A stretch of 63,625 nucleotides of DNA, filler included, from Reticulomyxa filosa (lineage: Eukaryota > Protista > Foraminifera), in assembly GCA_000512085.1 (NCBI GenBank). It is 15 parts of 15 records of this genome, joined end to end, with 100 filler letters (N's around TTAATTAATTAA, not from the genome) between each part and the next. Parts side by side here need not be neighbours in the genome. Positions count along the whole stretch, not along the records: positions 33,633 to 39,223 come from ASPP01010228.1; positions 39,324 to 41,238 come from ASPP01026221.1; positions 41,339 to 45,384 come from ASPP01022121.1; positions 45,485 to 47,274 come from ASPP01004378.1; positions 47,375 to 48,875 come from ASPP01016116.1; positions 48,976 to 53,714 come from ASPP01027921.1; 9 more parts are not named here. One strand, 5' to 3'. The position numbers and the translations under genes are program-made. Shown here in pieces: positions 37,891-49,042 of this stretch. Below the pieces are notes generated by a model. It was given only the letters and a program-made list of their open reading frames with translations. It made no database searches and was not told where the DNA came from. Position 1 is the first letter of the stretch; every line of letters starts with the position of its first letter.

Positions 37891-38634
37891 CATTGATTCC
37901 AAACAAACAAAACGGAGGGGGATTGAAGCTAATATTGTTTGCTACTTTTTTCTTTTTTTTCCTTCCATCAGATTTTTGCGGTATGTTCTTTTCATTTGCA
38001 AAAAAAAAGCAGTGTTTTAAAAGTTTTTACATTTTAGAGAACTGCACTTATCACCCCTCCAAAAGTCGCTTTTTCATCAGACCAAATCATCAAATCTAAG
38101 AACATCCTTTCTTTTGTTTTTGAAAAATTTACTAACCCATTACTCGGATTTTCCAATAATAAAAAAGTAACTTCATACAAAAGTGCTTGCTAAAAACTAA
38201 CTTGTAAATTATGAATAGAATTGCTTAAGTTCACACGATTTAATGCTTGTGCTAGAATTCATGCAAGGAATTTATTAGTATTCAATTTGGGAAATTTTGT
38301 TTTGTGTTATGCACGAATTTGGATGCACGGCTTTTAAAAATGCTTAACAATGAATCCAAGCACAAGAGAAACCATTTTTTGGTTTCTTGTATTACTTTTT
38401 TATGTTTATTCTCAATGTTTGACAAAGATTCTCTATATTTATACTTGTTGCCAAACAATCTTATTATAATTTTATTTAAGTCATGAGATTTCTTTAAACT
38501 CGGACTTTTCTCAAAAGAGCAATAGAAAGTACGATTGCAGGAGAATTCGGACAAATTTTGAATTACAAAAACAAACAAAAAAAAAAACAAAAACAAACAA
38601 TTGTTTGTATAGAAATTACATTTTGTATTAAAAC

Positions 38635-39223
38635 ATGGGAACTTGCAGAAGCCTCCCTGAAGATCTTGTCGAAAAAGAGAGCATTTTTCACAAATACCAA
38701 CTCGATACGGTGACGTGACATGTGTTTCGTTTTTGTGTTGTTTAAAAAAAAAAAAAGAACATGAAAAAACGTTAAAAAACAAAAAGGTACCGGTAGACAA
38801 ATGGAGTATGGAACAAGTGTACCAATGGGCGTTACATTGTGAAGAGGGCAAGTTGAGAGCATCAGCACCATATTTTAAGTACTATCAAATTGAAGGAAAG
38901 TCGTTAGGATTTCTGACGGAAGAAGATTTGCGTAAAAATTTGAAAATGAAAAGTTTGAAAGTTCGTTTGAGTTTTCAAAAAGCCTTGATGGAGCTAACAG
39001 CGAAACAAGAATGGTCAAACTCAATAAAACAGGAGATGGACAATGAGAAAGTGAATATGAAGCAATTGGTAGAGGAAGCGAATTGCAAAGACGAAACTAG
39101 TGAGCAAGTAAAGTCGAATAGCAATATTAATGCAAATGTTGTTAACAATGACGGCAATAATAATAATGACAATAATGACAATAATGATAATAATAATAAT
39201 AATAACAATAATAATAATAATAA
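38635..39223 (+). CDS. SAM-domain protein with poly-Asn tract, 3' truncated
   Basis: VDKWSMEQVYQW...FKYYQIEGKSLGFLTEEDLRKNLKMKSLKVRLSFQKALMEL. Exon 1 starts MGTC (possible acylation motif). Confidence 0.8.
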
Positions 39224-39323
39224 NNNNNNNNNNNNNNNNNNNNNNNNNNNNNNNNNNNNNNNNNNNNTTAATTAATTAANNNNNNNNNNNNNNNNNNNNN
39301 NNNNNNNNNNNNNNNNNNNNNNN

Positions 39324-40690
39324 TGCAAAAGAAGAACAGAGTGCAAACAAAAAAGAACCAATGAATCAAGATCCAATCAAGAGGCGAGTACTATTATCGC
39401 AGCATATGTCCATTTACTACTATTACACATACATATTTTTTTTTTTGATGGAAATAGACTACTTTTTTTTTTGTACAAGTTGTGTGTTTGCAATGTGTAC
39501 GTATGTTCATGGTTGAACAACTGTTTACAGAGCTCCGGATAATATCACGACAAATGAAGTAGTTTTGGACTATTTCAATTTGAGCGAAATTACTGGAGGG
39601 CAATTGTTGGATATATTTAGTACCAAAAAAGGCAACGTAATTGGCTTCAATTCATTTATCATTGGACTGGCTCGAGTAATTAAAAAAATAATCATTTTTT
39701 CATTTTCTCAATAACATCAATTTTATCACTACAATTCATCTTTTCATAGAAAAAAGAATTAACGCAAAAACACTTATTTTAAAATAGACAAAGCAGTACA
39801 ACAAAGAGATAGCGGGCGAGGTCGATACATTGATAGAAATACATAGACAAGAGTCGACATCAAAGATAGTTTGGTGTGCTGGTTGTTGTTATATCGCGAA
39901 AGATGATGTTGTTTTCGATGGTATGCCAATGGTGTCGGCAAATCAAATATCAGTGAGTAGCAAAAAAAAGAAATTTATTTTAACTTATTATTTAAAAAAT
40001 GATGATCTTGGTATTTAAAACATACAATAGACTCAGGCCGGTTTGACCAATGGAATATGCTCCGCTTGTTAAAGATATGACACAAAGCGTTGAGCAATTG
40101 GCGGAGGACGATACTGACAATAGTAGCAAGGAAACTTGCCAGAACAAAGTCTTCATGATATGGGTAACTCGCAACCCAGACACAATGAAAATGTTGGGAA
40201 TGGACTTTTTACAAACAAATATGGGATAAATGCGCGAGATCTCCGAAAAAAACCAAAACAATGCAAAGCCATTTCATCTAACAATTAGGACACTAGGAGG
40301 CTTTGATTGCATTGTTATTGTCGAAGGCAGCACGGTGCTACAGTGAATGTCTCCACCACAATATCGCATAGTGTTGAGGCTCATCAATCTTGAGCAGCGC
40401 CAAGGCACCAAGGCAAAACACATTATATGTTGCCTCACACTCACAAATGCCTGCAAATTACACAGCAACATCCATTTATTACAGGTATAGATTGTTCTTT
40501 TTTTGTGTGTGATCAATTTTTAGAAGAAGTATATATGTGTAAATAAATATATGTACATACTTTGTTTTTGTAAAAAATAAAAAAAAATGTGACATAATTA
40601 TGTGTATAGGCCATACTGTAATGAAAAAAAAAAGATGCCACGGGGTAGAATGCCACCACAGTCTCCGAAAGGAGCAAATAAGGTTTGTCT
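39324..40690 (+). pseudogene. Multi-exon gene remnant of unknown family
   Basis: Several GC-richer exon-like blocks bounded by AG/GT, with in-frame stops in 40031-40484. Confidence 0.4.
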
Positions 40691-41687
40691 GTTTTTTCTT
40701 TTTTAAAACATAATACTCTGTTGTGTTTGTAATAGGAATTCCCCCGCCTATCCAAATATAGTTCCATTTATTTCCCCCTTCACACACACAAAAAAAATCA
40801 ACAAATTGTGGTTGAAATCTACCTAGTGTGAAAAAGAAAAAGCAAAGGTTTGTATGTTTTTTTTATGTGTATAATCCTTTCGATATAAGATGTGATTTTG
40901 TGTGTGCTTGTTGAAATAGGAATTCCCACTATCAAAGAAAAAAACATATATGCATATACAAATATATTTTTTATATTTATCTCCATCATTCAAAAAAAAA
41001 AGTATTGTCAGTGTGTTATCAAAGGAAAAAAAAAAGATTAAATTGGATATTCAGTTGCAGCAAAGGTCCGGCAAAGTATGTAAGTTTGTTCTATGATGGG
41101 GGAGGGGAAAACGTTGTTAATAAGGGATGGGAAAAAAGTAATAATAAGAAAAAATGATAGAAAAAGAAAAAAAAGATAAAAAAAAGGATGAAGAAAAAAA
41201 AAGGATAAAAAAGAATGAAAAAGAAAAAGAAAAAAGATNNNNNNNNNNNNNNNNNNNNNNNNNNNNNNNNNNNNNNNNNNNNTTAATTAATTAANNNNNN
41301 NNNNNNNNNNNNNNNNNNNNNNNNNNNNNNNNNNNNNNTTTTTTTTTTTTTTTTTTGTAATCAAAAAATTCTTTCGGTCGGTTGTCACCACGTCCTTTTT
41401 CTCTTTTCCTGCTACACGTGTAAACCAGAAGTGAGAGGAAGAGCATATACAATTAATATTTATATTTACAAATCATTAAATAGTCAATTTATTTTATGAC
41501 AGCGGCAAGAATTGTCCACGACATTGCACCAAATACTCGAAAACATTTTTTGAACCATAATGATGATGTGACAACGCATACTGTTTATTATTATTTTTCT
41601 TAGAAGAAAAAGCTTGTAAAAAAAAAGTATAAAAAAAATAGGGTTTGCGTAGACCCGAGACTAGATTCAACATTAGTTTGTACAGGT

Positions 41688-41910
41688 TGTAGGGAAAGTC
41701 CCTATTATAAATCCCCAACTACTAACGGAACGGTGGGACCCCCAGTGGGTTAAAACCCTCTTCTCAACACAACTCACTTTTCTCTCGTTGTACTTGTTTC
41801 TTTCATTTTAGTTGTTATTATTCTTTCTTAATTTACTTTCTTTTACTGAAGTTGTTCTTTTGGAACTAAGTTCCTTTCGTATTACATTTAGTCTTCTCAC
41901 AAATCCCACA
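41688..41910. mobile_element. Solo LTR (223 bp) with 4-bp target-site duplication
   Basis: AGGT|TGTAGGGA...TCCCACA|AGGT: TG..CA ends, short terminal inverted repeat and AGGT direct repeats. A second partial copy lies at 48976-49037. Confidence 0.85.
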
Positions 41911-44434
41911 AGGTCACAAGATTGACCACGACAAGGAAAAGATTTGGTAAGATTATTTTTAAAGAAAATAATTTAAGTAAAAATAAAATATATAAACTAA
42001 CCAAAGCTATAGATTTGTGATTATAAAACAATGGAAAAAAGTACTGATGGGATGTTCAAGATTTATATAAAAAAGGATGATCGAAATAATACTTTTCTTG
42101 CTTTTGGTGATGCTGATGCATGTCTTGCTTAATGAACATGTTGAATTTGTTGTTATATTGATTTTTTGAATGATGGTTCTTGTTTTGATATAGCAAAAAT
42201 GAAACAAGATATCATATTATTCTTTTTGCAATGGTATTATCTAGTACTACTCCCTCTCCCAAAAGGTTTCGCCCAACAAGCGTAGCAAATTGCCACGCGT
42301 TTTACGTGGTTTTAACTATCTCCCTCCAATTTGTTGCTGCCAACAGCACAAATGAATGACAGACAATATCACCTACATTTTTCCAAGTACTTCAACTATT
42401 TTTTGAACAAAATTTTTTTATAATTCTTTTTTTTACGAGAATTATATAGTTGCATTTTTACAAACGATTAAAAACTGAATTGCCGAATATTCTGTAAAGG
42501 CAGTTTTCAAATTAGTTTTTTTTATAGAAAAATAATGCATATATTTTTTTATCAGTGCGAATCTTTTATTAGCATAAAAAAAAAACCCACTAAAATGAAC
42601 TGACGCAAAAATTTACAATCTGATTTATGAAAAAAATTTTTCAAACTTTTGCTTAAATGAAATATATACATCATGGTGAGTCGAAAAATGTATTTTATTT
42701 TTAATAAAAGTGTACGCAATTAAAAAAAATTGCTAAAATCCCTGCCACGTACTCACTCTTGGACCAATTGTGTGAACAACCCATGTTTTTACAAATATTC
42801 GGTGCGATTCTGGAACACCCCCATCCAACATGCTCAATTCTGATACCAACTACCGGTCTTGCTCAATATCTTCCGGTTGCTTGATCTTATCCGCTGTTTC
42901 CAAAGTCGAACGAGATTGTCTAGTTACTGGTACTTCTACCAACAAACAATTTTGGAACATGTCAAGAGTGTGTTTTGAAATATATGACTGAGGATAAACT
43001 TACAAAGGAGGAACGTAACTCTTAATTGTCAATTTTGTTTTTAACCCCACTCAACCTTTTTTTTTAAAAAAACAAAATTGAACGAATGTGATTTCTTTCG
43101 TTTTCTTGGAGATAAAACAAAAAGCATAAAAAAAATGAAGTTAAAATCCAAAATACTCAACAAAACAGTATTGAACAGGAAAAGAACAAAGATAATATCG
43201 CTTATGTTGAAAGTAGTCAAGAGGCAAGCAAAATCAAAAACAACTCTTGCAAAACAATTTAAAATAAATCATAAGCTCCTAGATAATCTTGTAAATGATC
43301 AAGTTCGCTTTTTTTACAGTTCATAAACTTGAAAATTTATTGAAGTCTAAAAGTGGTTATTGGTGTTGTTGAAAGAGTTAGAATAGGTGGAAAAGTTGTG
43401 AAAGTTAGAAGATTTGGAATTGACGATAAGATTTTCACGGACTAAAACGGTCCTTCCTAAAAAAAACAACAACAAAATATTTAAATAAAAAAATATATAC
43501 TTAACTTGTTAGTGGAGCCACTAACATGATAAAAAAAATATCGATAATAATGTAATTCAAATCATTGCAGACGTTGGATCTTTATCAAAATTGACAGTTT
43601 ATAACAGCGACCAGATACTTACACTTTGGACTAGCATAATTTCGAAATAGTAACAGCAATTTGAATGCTAGTACCTGAAGATCATTTGACTTAAATAGAT
43701 CTTGCTTGTATCACAACTAGTTAAAAAAATGAAAGGAGCATATCAAAAAATTCATTTTTTTTAAGTAAAAAAATTTTCATTTAATCACATCATAAAAAAA
43801 TTGTCAGTATTGAAAGTATTTCTTTTGTTTGTATTTGTTTCTTCTTTTATTCGAATTTTCTATGATATAATGATTGTAAATCTTTAATTTATTTTCAACA
43901 TTTTTTACATCACTTTTAAAATAAGTTATAAAATAACCAAAAATTTTTTATGGCATTAATATCACTATATACATTTATGACAAAAGTATTGTGTAAAAAA
44001 ATGGAGAAAAATCAGCATTTCGCAAACTTTTTTGAAAATATATACAATTTTTTTGTTAATTACATGATTTAAATAGAAATTTGATCATTTTAATATGTGA
44101 ATAATTTTGTCGTCACATGTATAAAATCCAATTTATTGTTCATTTTTGCAAATATTACTTTTGATATTATTTAAATATCAGCGTCTTTTAAGATAAATTG
44201 ATTCTTGAGAAAATTGACGAGAATACATTTTCACAAAGCGTCTTGCAAGCGATCCAAATTTTGTTTTGATTTTCCCACGAAGAAGTGTTTGAAGACAGTT
44301 CGAAACTTAAAATTTAAAAAATATATTTTTTAAAATTTTCTTATCAATTGAAAAAATAAAAATAAAAATGTTTTCACAGGAAAAAAAAGAATTTAACTAA
44401 AAAAAGGAAATAGTGATAGTGGCATAAAGAGCAC

Positions 44435-44885
44435 ATGACTGAACCAAATAGGAAAAGTGAATATGTGTTGTCAAACGTCTTTGTCTCAGATATGTGTGCA
44501 CGAACAAAGCGGGAGATCTTGCCATTATATATCAACCAATCAAATTCAAGCAAATATCTCAAAAGGAACAAAAATCAATTACCACAAGAGGAAAATGACA
44601 TAAAAAAAGTAAAAAAGAAAAAGCAATCCATTTTAATGTTTATGTTTGTATGTTGTACAAAATATAGCTGACTCTAAACATCACCACAATTATAGTGTCT
44701 GCAAGAAGGGTTTTGGAGTCTGTTACGTTGCTACGTTGTTCACAAGTTCTCTCCGTTGATCATTTACGACGTATACTTTACATATTTTGAAATAGGTAAG
44801 AGATTTTGAATTATTAATGCTTTTAAAAGGGCATTACGATATAGTTAGTAGTATAAGATTTTCTGCAGATGGTCACAAGATTGTC
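44435..44885 (+). pseudogene. 5' remnant of a WD40 gene
   Basis: VRDFELLMLLKGHYDIVSSIRFSADGHKIV at ~44796-44884 parallels the start of exon 3 of the 15336-16466 gene, then ends abruptly. Confidence 0.6.
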
Positions 44886-45136
44886 TTTTTTTTTATCCTG
44901 TTTTGAGTGTTCAAAAAACAATTCAAAATTAGCATTGAAGAAAATGAAATACTTAGGATACTTTACAAGTCTTATTTATTATACTTTTTCAATTTTTTTT
45001 AAACAGCAAAGTAAAATAAAACATCTTTCAATGCTTGCGTTCAATCAAATCAAACAAGTTTAATTCAACTTACTTTTCTTTTAATCAAACTTTTCAAACA
45101 AAAATACTTTCATTTGTTATTCGACAAAGCAGTAAA

Positions 45137-45384
45137 TTATCCCCAAATACGAATGGGACCTTCGCCTGAACCATAACACAAATTCAAATCATACGTAATA
45201 TCATTTGTCTCCTCTTTCTTTTTCAATCCAATAAATTTAAGACAAAATATTCCGTTATCTTCTTTTTCATCTCCTTTGATCATATACAATTCATTCTTAT
45301 TTGATCGAATATCCCAAAAACGAATTGTATTATCCCATGATCCAGAGCATATCACATTTGAATTAACAATAACTATTCTTCATT
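45137..45384 (-). CDS. 3' end of a WD40 protein (paralog of 13662-15043)
   Basis: VICSGSWDNTIRFWDIRSNKNELYMIKG...CYGSGEGPIRIWG*. Confidence 0.85.
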
Positions 45385-45484
45385 NNNNNNNNNNNNNNNN
45401 NNNNNNNNNNNNNNNNNNNNNNNNNNNNTTAATTAATTAANNNNNNNNNNNNNNNNNNNNNNNNNNNNNNNNNNNNNNNNNNNN

Positions 45485-46239
45485 TCTTGTGAATTCCATT
45501 TACTCCATTTTTTTTCTAATTCATTCCACTCTTTTTCTATCAAATTTTTATTTTCTTCAATCCATTTTCGTAATTTACCATTAAATTCATTAAATCTTTT
45601 CAAGACTTTGTTATCAAATTCACGAATTTGATTTATTGCAAAAAATTTTTGCTCCTTTTGTTGTTTTTCAATTAATATATCTCTTTCGATTGAGCAAAGG
45701 TTATTATATTGTTCTACGCATTTGGTATATTTCAAAATTGCTTCATCCACTTGTTTTTTCAATTCTATCTTTTCCAGACATTTTTTATGAATTTTCTGTT
45801 GTATTGATTTTTGTCTTTCAGTTATTTCTTCAAAATCTTTTGATGCCTTTTTCACGTCAATCTATGTATTCAAACAGACTACATTTTTTATATACTATTA
45901 CAAATAACTGTAAATATAAAATCAAACTCTGATAGATGGTTGATAAGAAAGTAATGTTTTAATTATAAGTGGAATATCATCCATCCGAATTAAAAACTTT
46001 TTCTTGATTTTCTGAAATTCACCGTCAAAACTCCAGATATCATCCCAATTCAGTCCATTTAATTCTACTCTTTTTTCTTCATCCCATTCTTTTAATTTCT
46101 TTTCCAACGTTTCAATTTGTGTTTTTATATTTTTCCATTCATCTGGAATTTCTACCATTTGCTTATTCTCTTTTTCATTTTCACTGTAACTTGAAGTTGC
46201 TATAAATATTAATAAAGGTATAATCAGCGAAAATTGCAT
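45485..46239 (-). CDS. Signal-peptide coiled-coil protein, 2 exons, 3' truncated
   Basis: MQFSLIIPLLIFIATSSYS followed by E/K-rich heptads. A short intron lies at ~45.88-45.93 kb. Confidence 0.6.
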
Positions 46240-46617
46240 AACGCAATGTGGTATGATTTAAATCATAAAAAAAATCTAAATTTAAATTTGTAATTTTTTG
46301 AATATATTTAAAAAAGTTTAAATTATTTGTCGAGATTGTATATATACAACGTTAGATAATATATTTATTTATTGTAGTCAAACATTATAGTTACTCTTTT
46401 TAACTGTTAGCTTAACACAAGTACGCTGTAGTCTCCTGTATTTTGGCTAATTGTTCAACTTTATGTATAATTTTGTTTTTTATATATTGAAGCGATAGTC
46501 AATCATATAACATCAATTTTGGTATAACTTCATATTATAGTATTGCTGAACATGTATAGTTAGCTTTGTGTTGTTAGTAGTATAATCGTCATTAAATTGC
46601 CAGTAATGTAGTATATA

Positions 46618-46725
46618 CATTAACGTCCAAAAAAAATGAACAATACTGAAAAATCTTGTTATTTAAAAAGTTATTATTTTTTCTCTGATTTTTCGGATGT
46701 GTTCACTTTTTTTTGGCCGCTACTG
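46618..46725. mobile_element. Tc1-type MITE (108 bp)
   Basis: TA|CATTAACGTCCAAAAAAAATGAACA... and ...TGTTCACTTTTTTTTGGCCGCTACTG|TA form imperfect ~38-bp TIRs with TA on both sides. Confidence 0.65.
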
Positions 46726-46829
46726 TATTACAAACTATCAAACATTTTTTTATTTTAAATCAAATGTACAAAAAGTATATTTGCAAATCTCAAAGTAGAA
46801 AGAGGTTGTGTAGCTAAAAAAGAAATGGT

Positions 46830-47274
46830 AATAGAAGAGAAAATTATGACGGATTTGTGTTGCAACAATAAACTCAAAATAGCATAGAATCTCATTTATT
46901 TTCAGCATTAAAAAAGGCACGATTTATAGTCGATGAAAAATCATGCAATTATAGTCGATGTGGTCATACAAATAAAGGTATATCATCATTTGGTAATGTT
47001 ATTTCTGTTCGCATCTGTGCATCCAATAATAAAATTAAAGAAAAAAACAAATCCAAAGAAAGGCAATGATAATATTGATTATGTAAAAATACTAAATAAT
47101 TTATTACCTGAAGATATTCGTGTGATAGATATTGCTAATGTGATTGATCAATTCAATGCTCGATTTGATTACAAATGTTATATGTATAAATATTTGTTAT
47201 TTGATAACAAAGAAACAAAACTAAATATGGATGCATGTCAATTATTGTGTGGTACACATGATTTCCGCAATTTT
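46830..47274 (+). pseudogene. tRNA pseudouridine synthase (TruA family, PUS3/DEG1-like) pseudogene
   Basis: Motifs NYDGF, YSRCGHTNKGISSFGNVIS (consensus RCGRTDKGVSA), ILNNLLPEDIRV, FNARF and GTHDFRNF. Contains a stop and a frameshift. Confidence 0.85.
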
Positions 47275-47374
47275 NNNNNNNNNNNNNNNNNNNNNNNNNN
47301 NNNNNNNNNNNNNNNNNNTTAATTAATTAANNNNNNNNNNNNNNNNNNNNNNNNNNNNNNNNNNNNNNNNNNNN

Positions 47375-47730
47375 ACAGTATTACAGATCCAGGACTAACA
47401 CCAAATTTTCTAGTAACTGATCTTATGCTAAATCCACCAATTAACATACCAACAGCAACTCCTTTCATAAAAAGGCTAATATGCTTCGCCATTTCAAAAT
47501 GACAAATGATACGACAAACTTCAAAATAAAAAATATCAAAAAACAATTAAAGATATCACAACAAAAAAAAAGGAGCTAAAATAAAAAAAAAAAATAATAA
47601 TAATAATAAAAACTACAAGATTTGTAGATATTTTTAAAAAAAAAATTAGGTCTAAATGTTGATTTTTCATGGAGAAAATTATCATCATAGGATATCGTTT
47701 TAAGCGTTCAGTTTTCTTTGCAACCTACTG
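47375..47730 (-). mobile_element. Tc1/mariner element left end with the start of the transposase
   Basis: TA|CAGTAGGTTGCAAAGAAAACTGAACG terminus. ATG at 47492 gives MAKHISLFMKGVAVGMLIGGFSIRSVTRKFGVSPGSVI (Tc1-type N-terminal HTH). Confidence 0.8.
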
Positions 47731-48439
47731 TATGAACCTATCGGAAAATATGTTATTCAAACATCAAGTTTTTGGTACCAGAATTAAAAGAAAGGAACTT
47801 AAAATTGAGGGAATTACTCATAGTACTGCCTACACGTAAACCTGACATTAGATTAAAGGTGTGCAAGAAGCGGTGAAATTTGTAGTAGTATCAAAAAGAA
47901 ATATTTAATACTAAATAACGAAACAGAAAAACAACATAAACAAATACATTATGTAATTGAGATAAAAAAAGATATCTGTTTGTGACTGTTTTCTTATTTT
48001 ATTTAAAGTGCTATATCCATTGGATTAGGGCGCTCTAACTTGCTTTCTATGCAAAAAGGGTAGTCTTAAGGAAATGTAGGGTAATGGTCCAATTACTCTA
48101 ACTCCAATCCCAAAATTTCAATGCTGAAAAAAAAAATCGTTAAAAATCAATTGTAAAGGATTCAAATATCACATTGCAGTAGCTTGAACTTTTTCAAAAC
48201 ATTATATTGTTCATTTGTACTCAAAGCAATGTCTATTTTTTGCAGATAATTGAAATGATCTGCTGATAAGCGCAAACCAAAGGCTATTAGGCAAATGTTA
48301 GTCCGAAGGGATTTGCCATTTTGATAACATTGTCATACGTAAAAAAAAGCGGAAAAACAGGACGATGAAATAAGTACAATAAAGAGACGGACGCTAATGT
48401 AATGTGTTTATGTTACAAAATATAGAGAAAGCTTAAGCA

Positions 48440-48829
48440 TTGGAAACGATTATATTTTACTTTAACAAAATTAATCAGATTTAAAATATTTTCATATTCC
48501 AAAGCAATAGTAATAAAGAATGATACTGGCATTTGTATGATTTGTGGTAATGGATATTCGATGTGCTATGGACCATTTGATAAACAGTTCATATGCAGTA
48601 CATTGAAAAACCAACCAATTCACTAAATTCTATTGACATGAAGATAGTATTATAATTGTAAAATATGGACCAGTGAATAATGGTGCAGATACAATATTTT
48701 CTGGATCTGTCGATAATAGTGTTCGTTCGTGGGATGCTGATCAGGTAAAAAAATTCAAATATTCAATTGTCATGAAAGTTGTGTACACTATTGGATTTCT
48801 CCATTTTTTGTAATAGATATTGAAGTTAC
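48440..48829 (+). pseudogene. WD40 pseudogene fragment interrupted by a Tc1 insertion
   Basis: ICGNGYSMCYGPFDK and TIFSGSVDNSVRSWD match GGNGYTICSGSFD / TILSGSQDTSVRLWD of the 13662 gene. Confidence 0.7.
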
Positions 48830-48831
48830 TA

Positions 48832-48875
48832 CAGTAGGTTGCAAAGAAAACTGAACGCCTAAAACATATCTTATG
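48832..48875 (+). mobile_element. Tc1/mariner terminus (cut by contig end)
   Basis: TA|CAGTAGGTTGCAAAGAAAACTGAACGCCTAAAAC, nearly identical to the terminus at 47730. Confidence 0.85.
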
Positions 48876-48975
48876 NNNNNNNNNNNNNNNNNNNNNNNNN
48901 NNNNNNNNNNNNNNNNNNNTTAATTAATTAANNNNNNNNNNNNNNNNNNNNNNNNNNNNNNNNNNNNNNNNNNNN

Positions 48976-49037
48976 AAGTTTTTCTTTTGGAACTAAGTTC
49001 ATTTCGTATTACACTTAGTCTTCTCACAAATCCCACA
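48976..49037. mobile_element. Partial second copy of the LTR
   Basis: Near-identical to 41849-41910 and ends at the same TCCCACA. Confidence 0.85.
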
Positions 49038-49042
49038 GTAGC

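Noticed and set aside
39130-39223. (AAT/AAC)n, (TA)n and poly-T/A tracts
   Set aside because: Ordinary microsatellites and poly-Asn codons, common in introns and at contig ends of this genome.
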